Part shown: positions 25,723-41,600 of the stretch, one piece after another
Numbering within the stretch: the first letter of the stretch is position 1
Layout: each line of letters starts with the position of its first letter
Assembly: GCF_018977255.1 (NCBI RefSeq)
Contig: NW_024704742.1
Coordinates: 88,042,001 to 88,106,000, forward strand
Origin: Callorhinchus milii
Lineage: Eukaryota
Length of the DNA: 64,000 nt
Direction of reading: 5' to 3'
The notes under the pieces: generated by a model
What the model saw: the letters and a program-made list of their open reading frames with translations, nothing else
Database searches by the model: none
Told to the model about the DNA's origin: nothing
Position numbers and translations under genes: made by a program

Positions 25723-26653
25723 TTGTCCTTTGACAATTTGGGGCATAGAAGAGTTTGGGGGGATTAGGGTTTGTCTGCGGAGCCACAACCCTTGTTCGCA
25801 AAGTGGAATGTTTTGGTCTAATTCAATTAATGGGGTTGAGCAGATCTAACCTCATTCACCAACAAAACATTTTTTAAAAATGAATGAACTGGACTCCTTG
25901 ACCTATTTCTTTTCTGCTTTCTTACCTCAATCTCCAATTGTGATGCATAAACTGATTTTTGCCTACAAGTTTAACATTTGTCACTTTCTTTTGGCAAGGA
26001 GAGTAAATGAATTAAAATGTACTAGAGTCAACTTCACATATAAACACATTCCTCATTCAGGCACAAAACACATCAAGAAAATTCCAGTTTGCTCCATCGT
26101 ACAAAATTCTTGATCCAAGCACGAAAGCTTCTCTAATTATCCATTTATAATGCTCACTAAATACAGTCAATGCAATGAAATATTTCACCCGGGACTGCAG
26201 AACGATAGAAATCTCTTCAGATTGAATTGCTGAATGAATAATTTAACGGACTGTTACAATTAAAATTTGTAAACCGATATTTTTTATCTACACTTGATGG
26301 AAGTCCTGAACCAAGCATATAATTTCTTGGCAACGAATGCTAATCAAATTCAGCAGGATTTTGAATTGGGTTGTAATCCCTCCCAGCCCCCATTATAAAT
26401 GGATGATTCTACGCTTCATATTACAGCTTCTGACACACTGTGCCAACAGAGGGCGTGAAGAGGCTCACACCCACGATTCACTACATATTGAAATGTAAAT
26501 CTCAGCCTCAGCATGAGCATGGAAGAAGAAAACGAGAAGGAAGGACAACATGGGCCACTGTCACACACAACAGCAAATTACATTTGTAAAGCGTATTTCA
26601 CGTCAGAAGGACATTCAAAGGCACAGAAGAGTCAGGGATTTGGACTCTGGACC

Positions 26654-26967
26654 AGAGTCCTGTAGCTCAGTGGTTAGAACACTCGCTCGCAAGCGAGCTA
26701 CCAGGGTTTGATTCCCGGCAGGGCGAAACCTTGGGAGAGTTTCCTTACTCCACACGCCTGATATTAATCCCTCAAGAAAAAAACAAAACAATCATAAATT
26801 GGTCATTTCAATCCACGACTGTTTGTGGGACATTGCTGTGCGCAATTGGCTGCCACATTTCGCCCACAAATATACAGTCAATTCACTTTACAGTATATTC
26901 TGTGAAGTGCTTTGAGCTGCCTAGAAGACGTGAAAAGCACTATATGAAATACAAGGATTATTATTAT
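26654..26967 (+). mobile_element. Full-length short-subfamily SINE
   Basis: Matches SINE consensus head to tail. Confidence 0.93.
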
Positions 26968-27164
26968 ATAGAGCCTCTGTCAGTCCACATTTAGCACTAA
27001 CAGAGGCTCTATGGATCGCTTCTTAACTTGCTATGCAAAATTCTGTTTCATTGATACTGCTTTCAATGATCAGCTTTAAATCTTTGAAGATTTGAATCCG
27101 ATTTTTTAAATGGGCAGAACGTTATTTATCTGTATGCTTATCATTCGCATGTCAGAACAAACTC

Positions 27165-27425
27165 GCATAGTCTAAGCTGACACACCAATGCAGAGCTGGG
27201 GGTCTGTTGTATGTCGGAGGTGTCGTTCTTCGGATGAGACCATTTCACGACTAACTGTGGGACATTGCTATGCCGACATCCATTTCACGACTAATTGTGG
27301 GACATTGCTGTGCCTACAAATACAGTCACTCCATTTCAATGTAATTCCTGTGAAGTGCTTTGAGACATCCTTCCGATGTGATAAGGCACTATATCAAATA
27401 CAAGGATTGTTATTATTACTATTAT
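27165..27425 (+). mobile_element. DeuSINE fragment with internally duplicated Deu box
   Basis: CATTTCACGACTAA(C/T)TGTGGGACATTGCT occurs twice (27241, 27281), followed by L2-type tail. Confidence 0.7.
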
Positions 27426-28835
27426 GTCTGTTTTTCCTCATAAGCCACCAAAGTGGCAAAAACGATCCTGTTAAGCAACTGGGCAAAGTTGTGCGAAGTT
27501 GCTTAGCACACGTGAGTGCAATTGGCTTAACCAACTAACCTGATTTTTTTGCTACAATAAAGATTGACTTTTATGATTACAATATAAGAGAGACATGGTG
27601 CGTATATAATTATATATCTATATATATATATACACACACACATGCGCACACTTAGAGAGAGAGAGAAAGGCAGAGAGGTAATGAGAGACAGAGAGAGAGA
27701 GTGAAGGGAGAGGAAATATGTGAAAAAAAGAGAAGCAGTGAGAGCCAGAGTGTGAGAGACAGTGAAAAGGAGGCAGATTGTGTGCAAGAATGGCGGGGCT
27801 GGAAGAGAGTGAGAGAGAAAAGGGTTGGAACACTGTGGTAAAGTACTACAGTGAAAGTATAGGTACAACTTACAATACAACAAAAAAGCATTTTTATTTA
27901 TCACTGTGTCCAATTTGTATTTTGCCCGATGTCCAATTATCCACACTGTTTCTTATCCACAATGAGGCCAGTCCCAATTAGTGTGGATAATTCCATTACG
28001 TAGACTGGACATTATTGTAAATTGATGAAAATGATTTAGATTTTGTTTCATAACTTAGTTTTCATGTATATATGCTTTAAAGCCTTTCTTCAAAAACACC
28101 ATAATAATCATAATATTTTGTGGGATGCCTGAACGAATACAGTCACAGGTTCTCTAGCACAGTAAGGATCATTCCATCAACTCTGAACTGCAGAAGTGTT
28201 ATGGGTTGCACTGCAATTTAATCCGTACTATATCCCTTAAACTCACCCTAATCCACAGAAAGATTATTCAGAATCCAAGCACTCACAATGGTTTAGTTAC
28301 AATGTGCTGTAATGAGCATGCACTGGACCCTCAGACAGCAGCAGTGAAGGCGTTTAATACTGTATGTGTTTGAATGCTCTCACCTACAGTTACTCTGGGG
28401 ACTAGTTATCTGCACATTTGGTACTTGTCGAATGTGTAAGCAACTGCAAGTTCACTGCTTCAAGCTGTTTGGAAAAAGAAGTCTTGAGACCTTGAAGGAT
28501 GTCAAAAATAAATTCACACTGTCGTACATTGTTTGTTGGATGAGTTTTTTTTATATATTGTAGATGTCATAAAACTAGGGTGCAGGTAGAGATAATTGTA
28601 ACAAGGGCAAATGTCTCACAAATTTCATCCTGATTTCAATCTAAGAACACAAATACTGGGGATACCAACAAGCGATTCATAGATTTCCAAACACTCAGCA
28701 CATTCTCCAGCAACTCGAGTTCAGCATGCGACAGGTAAATGGATTAAAACTCGATATATACCCTCTACATCTGAAGGTTTTGCTTACATTTTTATGTCAA
28801 AACATTTCATAAAGCCTTAGAGTGATTACAGTCAA

Positions 28836-29165
28836 GTGAAGTACTGTTTTTATGGGCAAGATGAGCAGACATTTTGCGAACAACAAGATCCCACAAACAG
28901 CTGTGGGCGGAACAACCAATTTTTTATTGGTGGTGATTGGCCAGGACACTGGGAGAAACTTCCTTCTCTCCGTCACAGAATGTTTAACATGCGCCTGAAG
29001 AATGGCAAATGGGATCCTGGTTTAACATCTCATCCAAAAGGCAGAGCCTCCATCAATTCAATGCACCCAGCACTGCACTGGCATATCATCCCACAATACC
29101 AACAAGAGATTGAACCTACCATCTTCTGACTCAGGAGGTGGAAGCACTACCACTTGAGACAAGAT
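28836..29165 (-). mobile_element. Old SacSINE-like DeuSINE
   Basis: CAAGATCCCACAAACAGC (Deu), GGTTTAACATCTCATCCAAA, TTCTGACTCAG..GCACTACCAC (head, reversed). Confidence 0.65.
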
Positions 29166-29740
29166 GTATTAAAGTGAAATAACTCAGTTGGTAAAAGTAG
29201 TTCAGCATTATCCTTAGATACTGCTGTAAAATTTACTCATTAACACTGATACCAGAGCACCAATCGCAGTTTATAAAATTGCTTATAACAACAAAATTAT
29301 ATTTGTATACCCCTTTCACGTCGGGAGATCCGCTCAAGGCACTGGGCAATCAGTGTTCCGGATTCAAAATGGGGGCCGGAGCCCGCTGAGTGGGAAGCGG
29401 GCAGACTGGTAGGGGGTTGGGAGGTCGCAGAGGTAGGGCGGAGCAAGGGCATGGAGGGTTTTGAAGGGGAAGTCAGGCTCTTGAACTGTATCCTCTGTGT
29501 GATGGCCAGTGGAGTTGGCCGAGGATGGGGATGATAGGATCGCGTTGCCTGGTGATGGGAGAGGACACAGGCTGCAGAGTTATGGATGATCTGCAGCCTA
29601 CAGAAGGAGGAGTTGGAAAGGTCAACAAGTAGGGAATTTGCATAATCGAGCCTGGATGTTATGAATGCGTGTGTGAGGGTCTCGACGGCCTGCAGTGTGA
29701 GACAGTGCCGGAGCCAGGCGATGCTGTGGAAGTGGGGGAA

Positions 29741-32278
<2,538 letters not shown>

Positions 32279-32884
32279 GTGGGGGAAGGCAGAGCGGGTC
32301 ATGGCACGGATGTGGGGTAGAAAGAATAATTGAGGGTCAAACAATATGCCAAGGTTCCGGACTGGCTCAGTGAGGTGAGGAGACACTGTGGAGGAGGATA
32401 GAGTCATCAATGGTATCAAAGGCAGCAGAGAGGTCAAGGAGAATGAGGAGCAGAGGGAGCCCTGGTCATAGATGAACAAATTGTCATTTGTCACTTTGAC
32501 CAAAGCTGTTGCTGTCTGTGGGCGGCACAGAAACCCGTTTGGAAGGGTTCATGAAGAGAGTGGGGGAGAGGAAGGAGCAAAACAACGACTCGTTCCAGGA
32601 CCTTGGAAAGGAAAGGGAGGTTGGTGATGGGGTGGTAACTTGAGAGCAGGGATGGGTCCAGGGAAGGTTTTTTGAGGATAGGAGTGATAACGGCTGTTTT
32701 TAAAGGGGTAGGAACGGTGCTAGTGGACAGGGAGAGATTTATGAAATCTGTGAGTAGAGGGGCAAGGAGGTGGAGCTGGGAGGTAAGGAGAGAGGAAGGA
32801 ATGGGATCAAGGGAGTGGGTGGTTGGTTTCATGTGGGTTATAGTGGTGGTGAGAAAGGAGGGTGAGACAGGTCCAAAGGTGAAA

Positions 32885-35095
32885 GTCCAAACCCTCCTCC
32901 ACTTTCATCTCTGACATTTCCACCCTCCTGTCTTCCCCCTGTGTCTGTTCTGAACGCCTCATCATCTTGGGCGACTTTAACCTCCACTTCACCCCTTCTT
33001 GCTCCACAGGCGCTGACTTCTCCTCCCTTCTCTCCTCTCACAATCTCGCTTTCCACATCAACTCCGCCGCTCACATCCATAGTCACCAACTGGAGCTGGT
33101 GATCCCCAGGGCCTTACCATCTCTGATGTCATTATCACTGACAAAGATATTTCAGATCACTATTTCATCTCCCTTAACTCCTCCATCCCCTTCTCTGTCA
33201 CCCACCCCGCATGCATTTCCTATCGTCCCTGGAGAAAAAACCCCCTCCATACCCACTCTGTTGCCCTGGAGGCATTTGAACTATCCCTCTGGCCCTCCTC
33301 CTGCAATGACCTACCCTCCTTGGTCACCCTTCTAAACAACTCCCTCTCGGCCATCCTCGACCCGCTTCCTCCTATCATCTCACACACCGCCTCCTACTCG
33401 CACAAATCCCCCTGGTACACCAGCTCCCTCCGTTCCCTCAAAACTCAGGTGCGCTCCGCTGAAATCAAAATTAACGGTTTACTGTCAGATTTGGCAGGAC
33501 TGCGCTAAGGACTACTGCTCTGCCCTCGCCTCAGCTATATCATCCTTTTATTCCAAAATCACGCTGGAAACAGAGGGCAACCCCAGACTCCTCTTTTCTA
33601 CCATATACCAACTCCTCCATCCACCCTCCCTCCCATGCTTCTACCATCCTCTCCTCCAATACCAAGTGCAAGGAAATGATGGATTTCCTCGAGTCCAAAG
33701 TCGAGGGGATCCGCTCTGCCGCCTCTAGCCCCTCTACCAGTATCCCCCACCCCACCAACCTCCCACTCCCCTTCTAGCCCCCTCATCCTGCCCTCCACAC
33801 TTTTGATCCTGTTTCCCCCCCTTCGCTTACCTCCATCATTTTCCGTAAGAGACCCACCACCTGCTCTTATAACACCTTGTTAACCTCTCTCTGACTACCG
33901 GCACCGTAAACATCACCCTAAAGACAACCGTCATCACCCCTATCCTCAAAAAATCTTCCCTTGACCCATCTCTGCTCTCAAACTACCACCCCATTTCAAA
34001 CCTTCCTTTTCTATCAAAGGTCATGGAATGAGTCATTGCTTCCCAGCTTCACTCTTTCCTCTTCCAGCATTCCCTCCATGAGACATCGTTGTCAAAGTGA
34101 CAAATGACATTCTGTCCACCTGCGACCAGTCCTCTCTCTCTCCTCGTCCTTCTCAACCTCAACAGTTGACCACTGTTCTTGCCTGGTTCCAATCCTATCT
34201 TCCTCATCATCTGCACTTTGTGGCCACCAATGGCTTCTCCTCTAGCCCCTGCACTGTCACTTGTGGCGTCCCTCAAGGCTCTTCCACTCTTGACTCCAGG
34301 GCCATTAATTTCCTGGCTAATTATCCGTTTGACATCAAGTGTTGGAGTCAACTTCCTCCAGCTCAATGTTGGCAAGACAGAGGTCCTCCTGCTTGGCTCC
34401 CGCCGGCGTCTTGTCATCTCAGCCATTGACACTATCATCATTCATGGCTGCACTCTTCACCTCACCGAGCCAATCCAAAACCTCGATGTCCTTTTCGACC
34501 CTCAGCTATCCTTCAAACCACACTTTCGGGCCGTGAGCCGTTCCGCCTTTCCACACCTCTGCAACATTGCCTTCCTCCGACACTGCCTCTCACTGCAGGC
34601 CACCGAGACCCTGATCCAACTGCCTGCTCACTGGCCTTCCCAACTCTTCCCTCCACAAGATGCAGATTATTCAAACTCTGCAGCTTGTGTCCTCTCCCAC
34701 ACCAGCCTCTGGGAACCTATCACCCCGTTCTTTCCCGGCTTCATTGGCTCCCCATTCCTCAAGAATCAAATACAAAACCCTCATTCTTATCTTCAAGGCC
34801 CTCCATGGTCTTGTCCCCCCTACCTCTCCAACCTCATAACCCCATATCAGACTGTCTGCTCCCTCCGCTTGACCTGGTTTAGGTCCCCCTCACTTCCCGC
34901 CCCATCATTGGGGGTCGGGCATTCAGCATCTCTGCCCCCACACTCTGGAACTCTATCTTGCAATCCCTCTACCACTCTACTTCTCTTGCCTCCTTCAAGT
35001 CCTGTCTGAAGACCTTCCTCTTCGACTGTGCCTTCGGCCACCCTTCCACCCCAACTACCCTCCTCCCCTTCTGCCCCCAACTCCCAGCTCGGGTC
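32885..35095 (+). mobile_element. Degraded L2 LINE nested in opposite orientation, lacking its terminal tail
   Basis: LIILGDFNLH, SPWYTSSLRSLK and NFLQLNVGKTEVLL. Ends at GCTCGGGTC, matching the L2 3' UTR at ~4327. Confidence 0.88.
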
Positions 35096-37239
35096 CAGGG
35101 ACGGTAGGAGATAGAGGTGGATTGGGTGGCGGTGGGGAGAGGGATTGAGGAGTTAAGGGAGATGAAGTAATGGTCCAAGATGGCTTTGTCGGTGATGGTG
35201 AGGTCTGAGACAGTGAGGCCCCGGGTGATCACCAGGTCGAGAGGGAGACTGTGGACGTGGGTGGTGGAGTGGATGTGGAGGGAGAGGCTGAGAGGAGGGA
35301 GGAGAAGTCAGCAAAGGTAGAGCAGGAGGGAGTGAAGATCAAAGTCTCCTAGGATGAAGAGGCCTTCGGAGTAGAGGGAGCGAGAAGATGAGTGGAAATT
35401 TCAGGGAGGAAGGTGGGGTGGGGTGGGCTTGGGGGAGGATGATAGATTAGGAGAATTTTGAGGGAAAGGTTGGAAGGGTGATAAAGGATAAGGTGCTCAA
35501 AGGAGAGGAAGATTCTGGAGGAGTAAGCGGATAGGCCGAGTGGGGACTGGGAGATGGTCATGGGGTATCATGGAAGGTGTAGCCAGATTATGTGGCCTCT
35601 GTCAGGGGGAAGCTATCATCTGGAGTGACTCAGGTTTCGGTGAGGATGTCAATGTTTTCATCAACAATGAGGTCTTGGATGGTGGGCAATTTATTAGAGA
35701 GGGAGCGGACATTTTGTAGGCCAATGTGAAGGGGACAGTTGGTGACGGAATGTGGGGGACACGGGGGAGGATTGACAGGAAGGGTGGGGATGTGGATGAG
35801 GGAGGAGAGGTTGGCCCCCAGGGTCAGGGACCAATGGGCATTGCGGTGAGAATGGGGGATAGGGCAGTCAGAGTGTGGCTGCTGTTGGACAACAGCAACG
35901 TGCATTTATATAGCACCCCCTCGCTAAGGGCAGTGTCTCCGAGCCACATAAACACATTGAGTTTTATGAATCTATTTAATTTTTCACTTTTATTTTTAGT
36001 GCTGGAATTTCTCTAATAGTAAAAGGATTATTATAATTGTGTGTCCCAAAGTGCCAAACTTATTCACCCATCCAGCATTGAACATTGTTGAAAACAATAC
36101 TGGGTATGGATAAAGATTTGAACATGTCCATTGACAGAGTTTATTGTGTGCTAGTCTCTACTCCACTCACGTGACCCAAACCAACCACAAATTATGGTGG
36201 TCAGAGTACCCTACTTCCTTACAAAGAAAGCTATTATGGGCAAAGCAAGACCACCAAAGAAGGTAAGATATAAAGGGAATCACAATCTTTACAGGTTATT
36301 CTGCTGAGCTTCTTAGAAAGTGTAAGACCTTTGATGGGATTAAAAAAGCACCAACAGAAAAAATATCAGATACCAATTATTGGATCCAGCAAAGCAGAGG
36401 AAAGCCAGAAGGAGAATCTCAGAGATAGATCAGTCAGGCACACTCCATCACTGTGACCAATAGGGCACACAGGAGGAGATGAAAACAAGCCCCTATTCTT
36501 ATGATTTTAGCCTGGGGAAAACCCGTAATCCCTTTCACTCTCCCAATTAAATTCAGAAATGGCACAGGACAAGTTAAGGTAACTAGTACCGCCCCCTCCC
36601 ATGGCAAACCTAAACATTCATAGGGTACAAAAACAGCACACACTTACACAATGCCTTTCACTTAGAATATCTCGAAGCACTTTAAACACAGAGGCGAGCG
36701 AGCATTAGTAGCTCAACAAGAAGACATAAGGGCCATGGGAAGTGTGAAGGAAACAAGTTTGCAGAGATTTATAATTAAGGGGGTACAGTGGACATGAAAT
36801 GCTGTGAGGGGAAAGAGACAGCTTTCAGGGCTGTTTGACACAACATAGTGTGAGCACAGCAAAGGATGCCCATGTCAAAGCAAAGGGAAGGTGGAGTAGT
36901 GATGGGCTGAGACGACTCAAAAAAAGGGTACAGTAGAAGGGTTGGGAAGAATATTGAAGGGTGAAACAAATAAGGCAATTGGGGAAACAGTGCAAATGTA
37001 AAAGTGTAGAGGGAGGAATGGAGACAGGGAAGTGAGTTGAAGTTCATGTCGAAAATTGAAACCGATCTGCCTTACAGACTGGACAAGGAAATACCTTCCT
37101 CCTCACTCCCACTATAGTATTATTAAAGGTCAGTGGCAAAAAATACCCTGGAACTACAGCTCTCCAAGTGAGGTACAAGAAGTTATCGAGCTGCCCTTCA
37201 TACCATGTGACAACCTAACTGGAATCAGTTCCATCCATG

Positions 37240-37845
37240 TGGAGTCCTGTAGGGTATTGGTTAGAGCACTCCTCCATAAGCGAGAGACCTGCGTTCAATT
37301 CCCAGGCAGGCCAAAAGGTTAGGTAAGTTTCCTTAGTCCACATGCCTCTGTTTACTTAGCAGCAAGTAGGAACCCGGTTGTCAATCGATTTGCGGATTTC
37401 TTTTCCAGGGGTAATAATCCCTTCAAAATAAAGTTTAAAAAAATAATAATTTGGTCACTCAATCCATGACGTTTATAGGACACAATTGGCTGATGTGTTT
37501 CGCCCACAAAAATATACAGTCAATTTACTTTACAGTATATTCTGTGAAGCGCTTTGAGAGGTCTCGAAGAAGCGATATGGTGCTATATCAAATCATAGAA
37601 TCATAGAATTATACAGCACAGAAGGAGGCCATTCGGCTCATCATATCTGTGTCAGCTCTTTGAAAAGAGCTATCAAAATTAATCCCACTCCCCCACTCTC
37701 TCCCCATAGCCCTGCAAACTTGTCCTCCCCAAATAATTATCTACTTCTCTCTTAAAAATTGTCATCGAATCGGCTACCGCCACCCTTTCAGGTAATGCAT
37801 TCCAGATCCGAATAACAAATGCAAGGATTACTATTATTATTATTA
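37240..37845 (+). mobile_element. Long-subfamily SINE whose tail is split by a CR1 3' fragment (37593-37815, minus strand)
   Basis: The SINE reads ..GCTATATCAAAT|CATAGAATCATAGAAT..(CR1)..|CAAATGCAAGGATTA with CAAAT duplicated. The insert matches 47433-47655. Confidence 0.88.
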
Positions 37846-38249
37846 TCGGTTCAGATCATGGAACAAACCAGTTGTTTTTCCAGCGAGTACAGCTCACCAC
37901 AACATTGTGCACTGCAAGAATATATTTTTTCAAATAGAATATTTATTTTCCTAATGCATTCTATATTTTGAAGTAAATTCTTGCCACGTTTTACTTTTAG
38001 GATAACACTTATTTGCATTTGAGTTTGTGTGTGTATGTGTGCGAGCGCTATATTAAAACATCCTTACAGTAATTAGATTTCTAGGATTACACCACAAAGA
38101 GTATAATCAAGACAACTGTTCTTGATATTGCTGCAATTGACCCTTAATGTTGTGAAATTGCTTGGTGCATTGTGCATCTTTCATTACTGGCAGCACTTGA
38201 AGATACATGCAGAATTTAAATGTGCTGGCTTGTCATGCTTACAATCAGA

Positions 38250-38660
38250 GAAAAACAGGAACAAGAGGAGGCCATGCAGCCCATCGAGTCTGTTCCATCA
38301 GTTTATTAGGTTTTAGCAGATCTATTAATCCCAATGTCCCTCTCTTTCACCATACCATTTATACCTCTACTACCCAAGTATCTGTTCTATCTCTCTGTTA
38401 AACATCCCCTTTGATTTCACCTCTACAGCTTGCTGGGGTAGAGCATTTCCTATCTTCACAAACCCTCTGTATGAAAAAAAATTTCCTGACCTCAGTTCTA
38501 ATTGTCTTGGTTCTTATTTTTAGGCTTTGCCCCTTGTAATGCATCTCTCTCCCAAGGGGAAGAGTTATCCACTTTCTATCCTTTTATTATTTTAAATACC
38601 TCAATCAAATCACCTCTTAACCTCCTCTGTTCTATAGAATATAAACCCACCTTCTGAAAT
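38250..38660 (-). mobile_element. Old CR1 3' fragment
   Basis: GAGGAGGCCATGCAGCCCATCGAGTCTG; TCAAATCACCTCTTAACCTCCTCTGTTCTA (LEQRRLRGDL reversed). Confidence 0.75.
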
Positions 38661-39254
38661 AGTGTTTTTCTGCAACACCATTTATGATTGTAAATGTATG
38701 TTTTTTAAAAAAAAATCTGTTGAGGTAGGAATGATCGCATCGGTCTGGGCTGGGTTGGATTTGGAGTCCCACTATGCCACTAGATGATTGATTGTTTTGC
38801 AAATTTACTCTAAAATGTGATATTCAATGATTGTATACACTTTCAGGAGGGAGGTGCTCAAAGGCACATTCAAAGAGGTGTGCACAGGTATAGGGAGGGA
38901 AAGAGGAGTTCAGTTTTAGGTTCGATTTTTTCTTATTGTCACACTTCAGTCTAAAATCAGTCTTGGTATTGTACTTTTTTTTTTACTTCTAGCAATGTTC
39001 TGTTTTCTTTTTAAAGTTTACATGAAACGAGACACAGGGTTGATTTGCTATGTTCCAAGCTGGTGTTACTGGGAGAATCTGATGGGGGGACTGAGCTGCA
39101 AGATGATTTGTTTTAGTGTGAAAAACAGTCCAAAGCTGATGCTCCAATGGAAACCCAGTGGGTACAAGGCAGTTCTAAATAAAGTTAATGCACAGACAGA
39201 GAATCATATTGGAACAAGTGCTGAAAGAAGACAATGTAAGACCGTATCCTAGAG

Positions 39255-39804
39255 CAGGGGTTCTGAAACTTTGCCATAGTGAGCCAAGAAAAAAAACAAT
39301 TGCGCCTCGCCACAGTTCAAGACAACACAAAGAATTGAAAATCACATATTCTGCAAAAATACAAACAACAAAGTAGAAGGGCTGTGATAATTACAGACGC
39401 CAATAAGAGTATGAGTGTCAAAAGCACCAAGTCTACTTCACAAAGCACCCTCCGTGCTATCCCACGGCTCTCCCCCAAAAGAACACAAATCACAACAGCC
39501 AAAACAGCACAAACACTCCAGGCAATCACAGCCCCAAGACAACTACAGACCATGTCAGTCCAACCCCATCAACGGGAAGAGTAAGCCTGCCTTCTAACTC
39601 TACAAAGTGGAATTCAGGGTTACAGTGTAGAAAGCAGAGGCGGGGTTTGGCTGACGTGGGAAGTCCCATCACGGGGTCTGGCTATTGGGGAAGTGCCCCC
39701 ACCCCTCCCGGGATGTGCAGCCCTGTGAATCCAGGGACTGTTGGGAAACACGCAATAGGCATCTCTCCTGGCTCACGCACGCGCCCCCAGTTTGAAAACC
39801 TCTG
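39255..39804. mobile_element. hAT (Charlie-like) non-autonomous element
   Basis: TIRs CAGGGGTTCTGAAACT and AGTTTGAAAACCTCTG; 8-bp TSD TCCTAGAG (39247-39254) / TCCTAGAA (39805-39812). Confidence 0.85.
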
Positions 39805-41119
39805 TCCTAGAAGATAGTAATAAATAGTAATCTTTGCATTTAATATAGCGCATTATCATATCATCAAAATGGCTAAAAGTACTTACAGGATTTTACTGTA
39901 AAATTTTACTGTAAATTTTTACTGATTTTATTTGTAAATGAAAGTTCACTTAAACAGGCAGGCAGGCCCTTGGTTTAATGCCTCATCTGAAGGATGGCAC
40001 ATGTTTGACAAAGCAAGACTCCCCATTGGAGTGCCAGCCTGCAAGTTTAATGTCCCAAGGTCGGACTTGAACTCACAAACTTTTGAATTAGAGATGAGAT
40101 TGCTATAACCGAGCCAGTTGACATACACATTTCTTTAATAATTGTCTTACAATTCTGTGGATACAGTTTTAATAATAATATTATTTATTATTATTAAAGC
40201 TAATATGGTTTTATTTATGAAGTAGGTTCAATCAAATATTTCAGAATCAAATGTGTCATTGCACAGCAGGAAACTGGATGCAACATTACAATACATTTCA
40301 TTGCAAAATATTATTTCAATAGCTGAACATCTTTTTATTAAAATGAGGAAAATGGCAATCATTCACGCATGACCCCCATATAAGAAATACGCTTTGGGCC
40401 ATTTGCCTGTCATTTCTATTACATGTACCGTAAGCAGCTTAGCAGTAAATCAATTTAAAGAACTGAAGAAGTTAAATACATTATTATTATAATGGGATAA
40501 AAGGCAATGAATGCCGTGCAGCTCCATTAGGTTTCTTTGTTAAAGAAAAAAAGCCAATTATCTGCAGCTGTCAACCGTGAAGACCCAGAAGCATTTAAGC
40601 CAACATTAGCCTCCACCTGACTTTTTTTTCTCTAAAATAACGTAATTTCCTTTTTTTTTACTGAAAAAGTGTGATAAATACCCCACACAATAAAAGCTGC
40701 ATGATGTCAGAAAACAGTTGATAGGAATAAATTATTCCTTATAAGTTTCAATGCAGTTAGCTAAAATATGCTTACTGTAGCATTAGACTTGCCGCATAAT
40801 GCTTTTGGCTTTATTCAGAAAATGAAAGCAGAAGGAAAAAAGGAGGATTTTTGAGGAATGATCAGAACTATTTTTAAAAAATGTAAAACTAAACTACAAA
40901 CCCAAGCTGCACTTAGCATATTTGAAAAGCAATCAGAAGTAGAAGGGATTGCCAATAACTTCACAAGGCTGAAAAGTTTCAAGTTTCAAACAGTAACTGA
41001 GAATCTTGATAACCTCAATGTCTTCATCTGCTAAATGGCTGCTTAAAAGAAACAACAACTTGCATTTATACGGCGTCCTTCACACGGGGTAGAGCTGAAA
41101 TTATAAATGATTTTTTGGG

Positions 41120-41600
41120 GGATCAGCTGAGTGTATGACACATGTGAAAACCCATCACCGTGCTTAAGAGTATCCAAACCAAGCTCATATTTCCATGCAT
41201 CCCACCTACACACGGAAATTCCAGAGATAGATTGTTATTTATTATATTATGTTATATATTATGTTATAGATTGCAAGCTTTTCTGCTGATTGTCCAGCTA
41301 GGACCACCCTAGGGTTTTGGTTTGCAGGGCTAACAGGAGCTGAGTGGGATGACTTCCTGCCCCCAGTGACTGGTCTGCCCTTCCAAGTCCTGCCGATGAG
41401 CCATCATCAACAGCTTTCATCAGCAGTGCCCTGGAATACTGCGGACCTGCCAGGCTCAGCAACCGGACTACCGAGACCGCCACAGAGGGCTGGCTCGATT
41501 CTGACATTCTGTTGCCAGGCATGTCACCTTGGAGCCAGTTCAGCTCAAAGAGACCCCACTTACCTCCTCCCCAAGGTTGGTGATGGTGCCACAACATACT
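41120..41600 (-). mobile_element. 3' UTR fragment of the poly(A) LINE family of 43229-46480
   Basis: AAACCCATCACCGTGCTTAAGAGTATCCAAACC..CATGCATCCCACCTACAC..TAACAGGAGCTGAGTGGGATGA. Confidence 0.8.

Noticed and set aside
27935..27992. Three TTATCCACA (DnaA-box-identical) motifs in an inverted arrangement
   Set aside because: Vertebrate context; fits subterminal repeats of a pogo/Tigger remnant (similar motif at ~25714)
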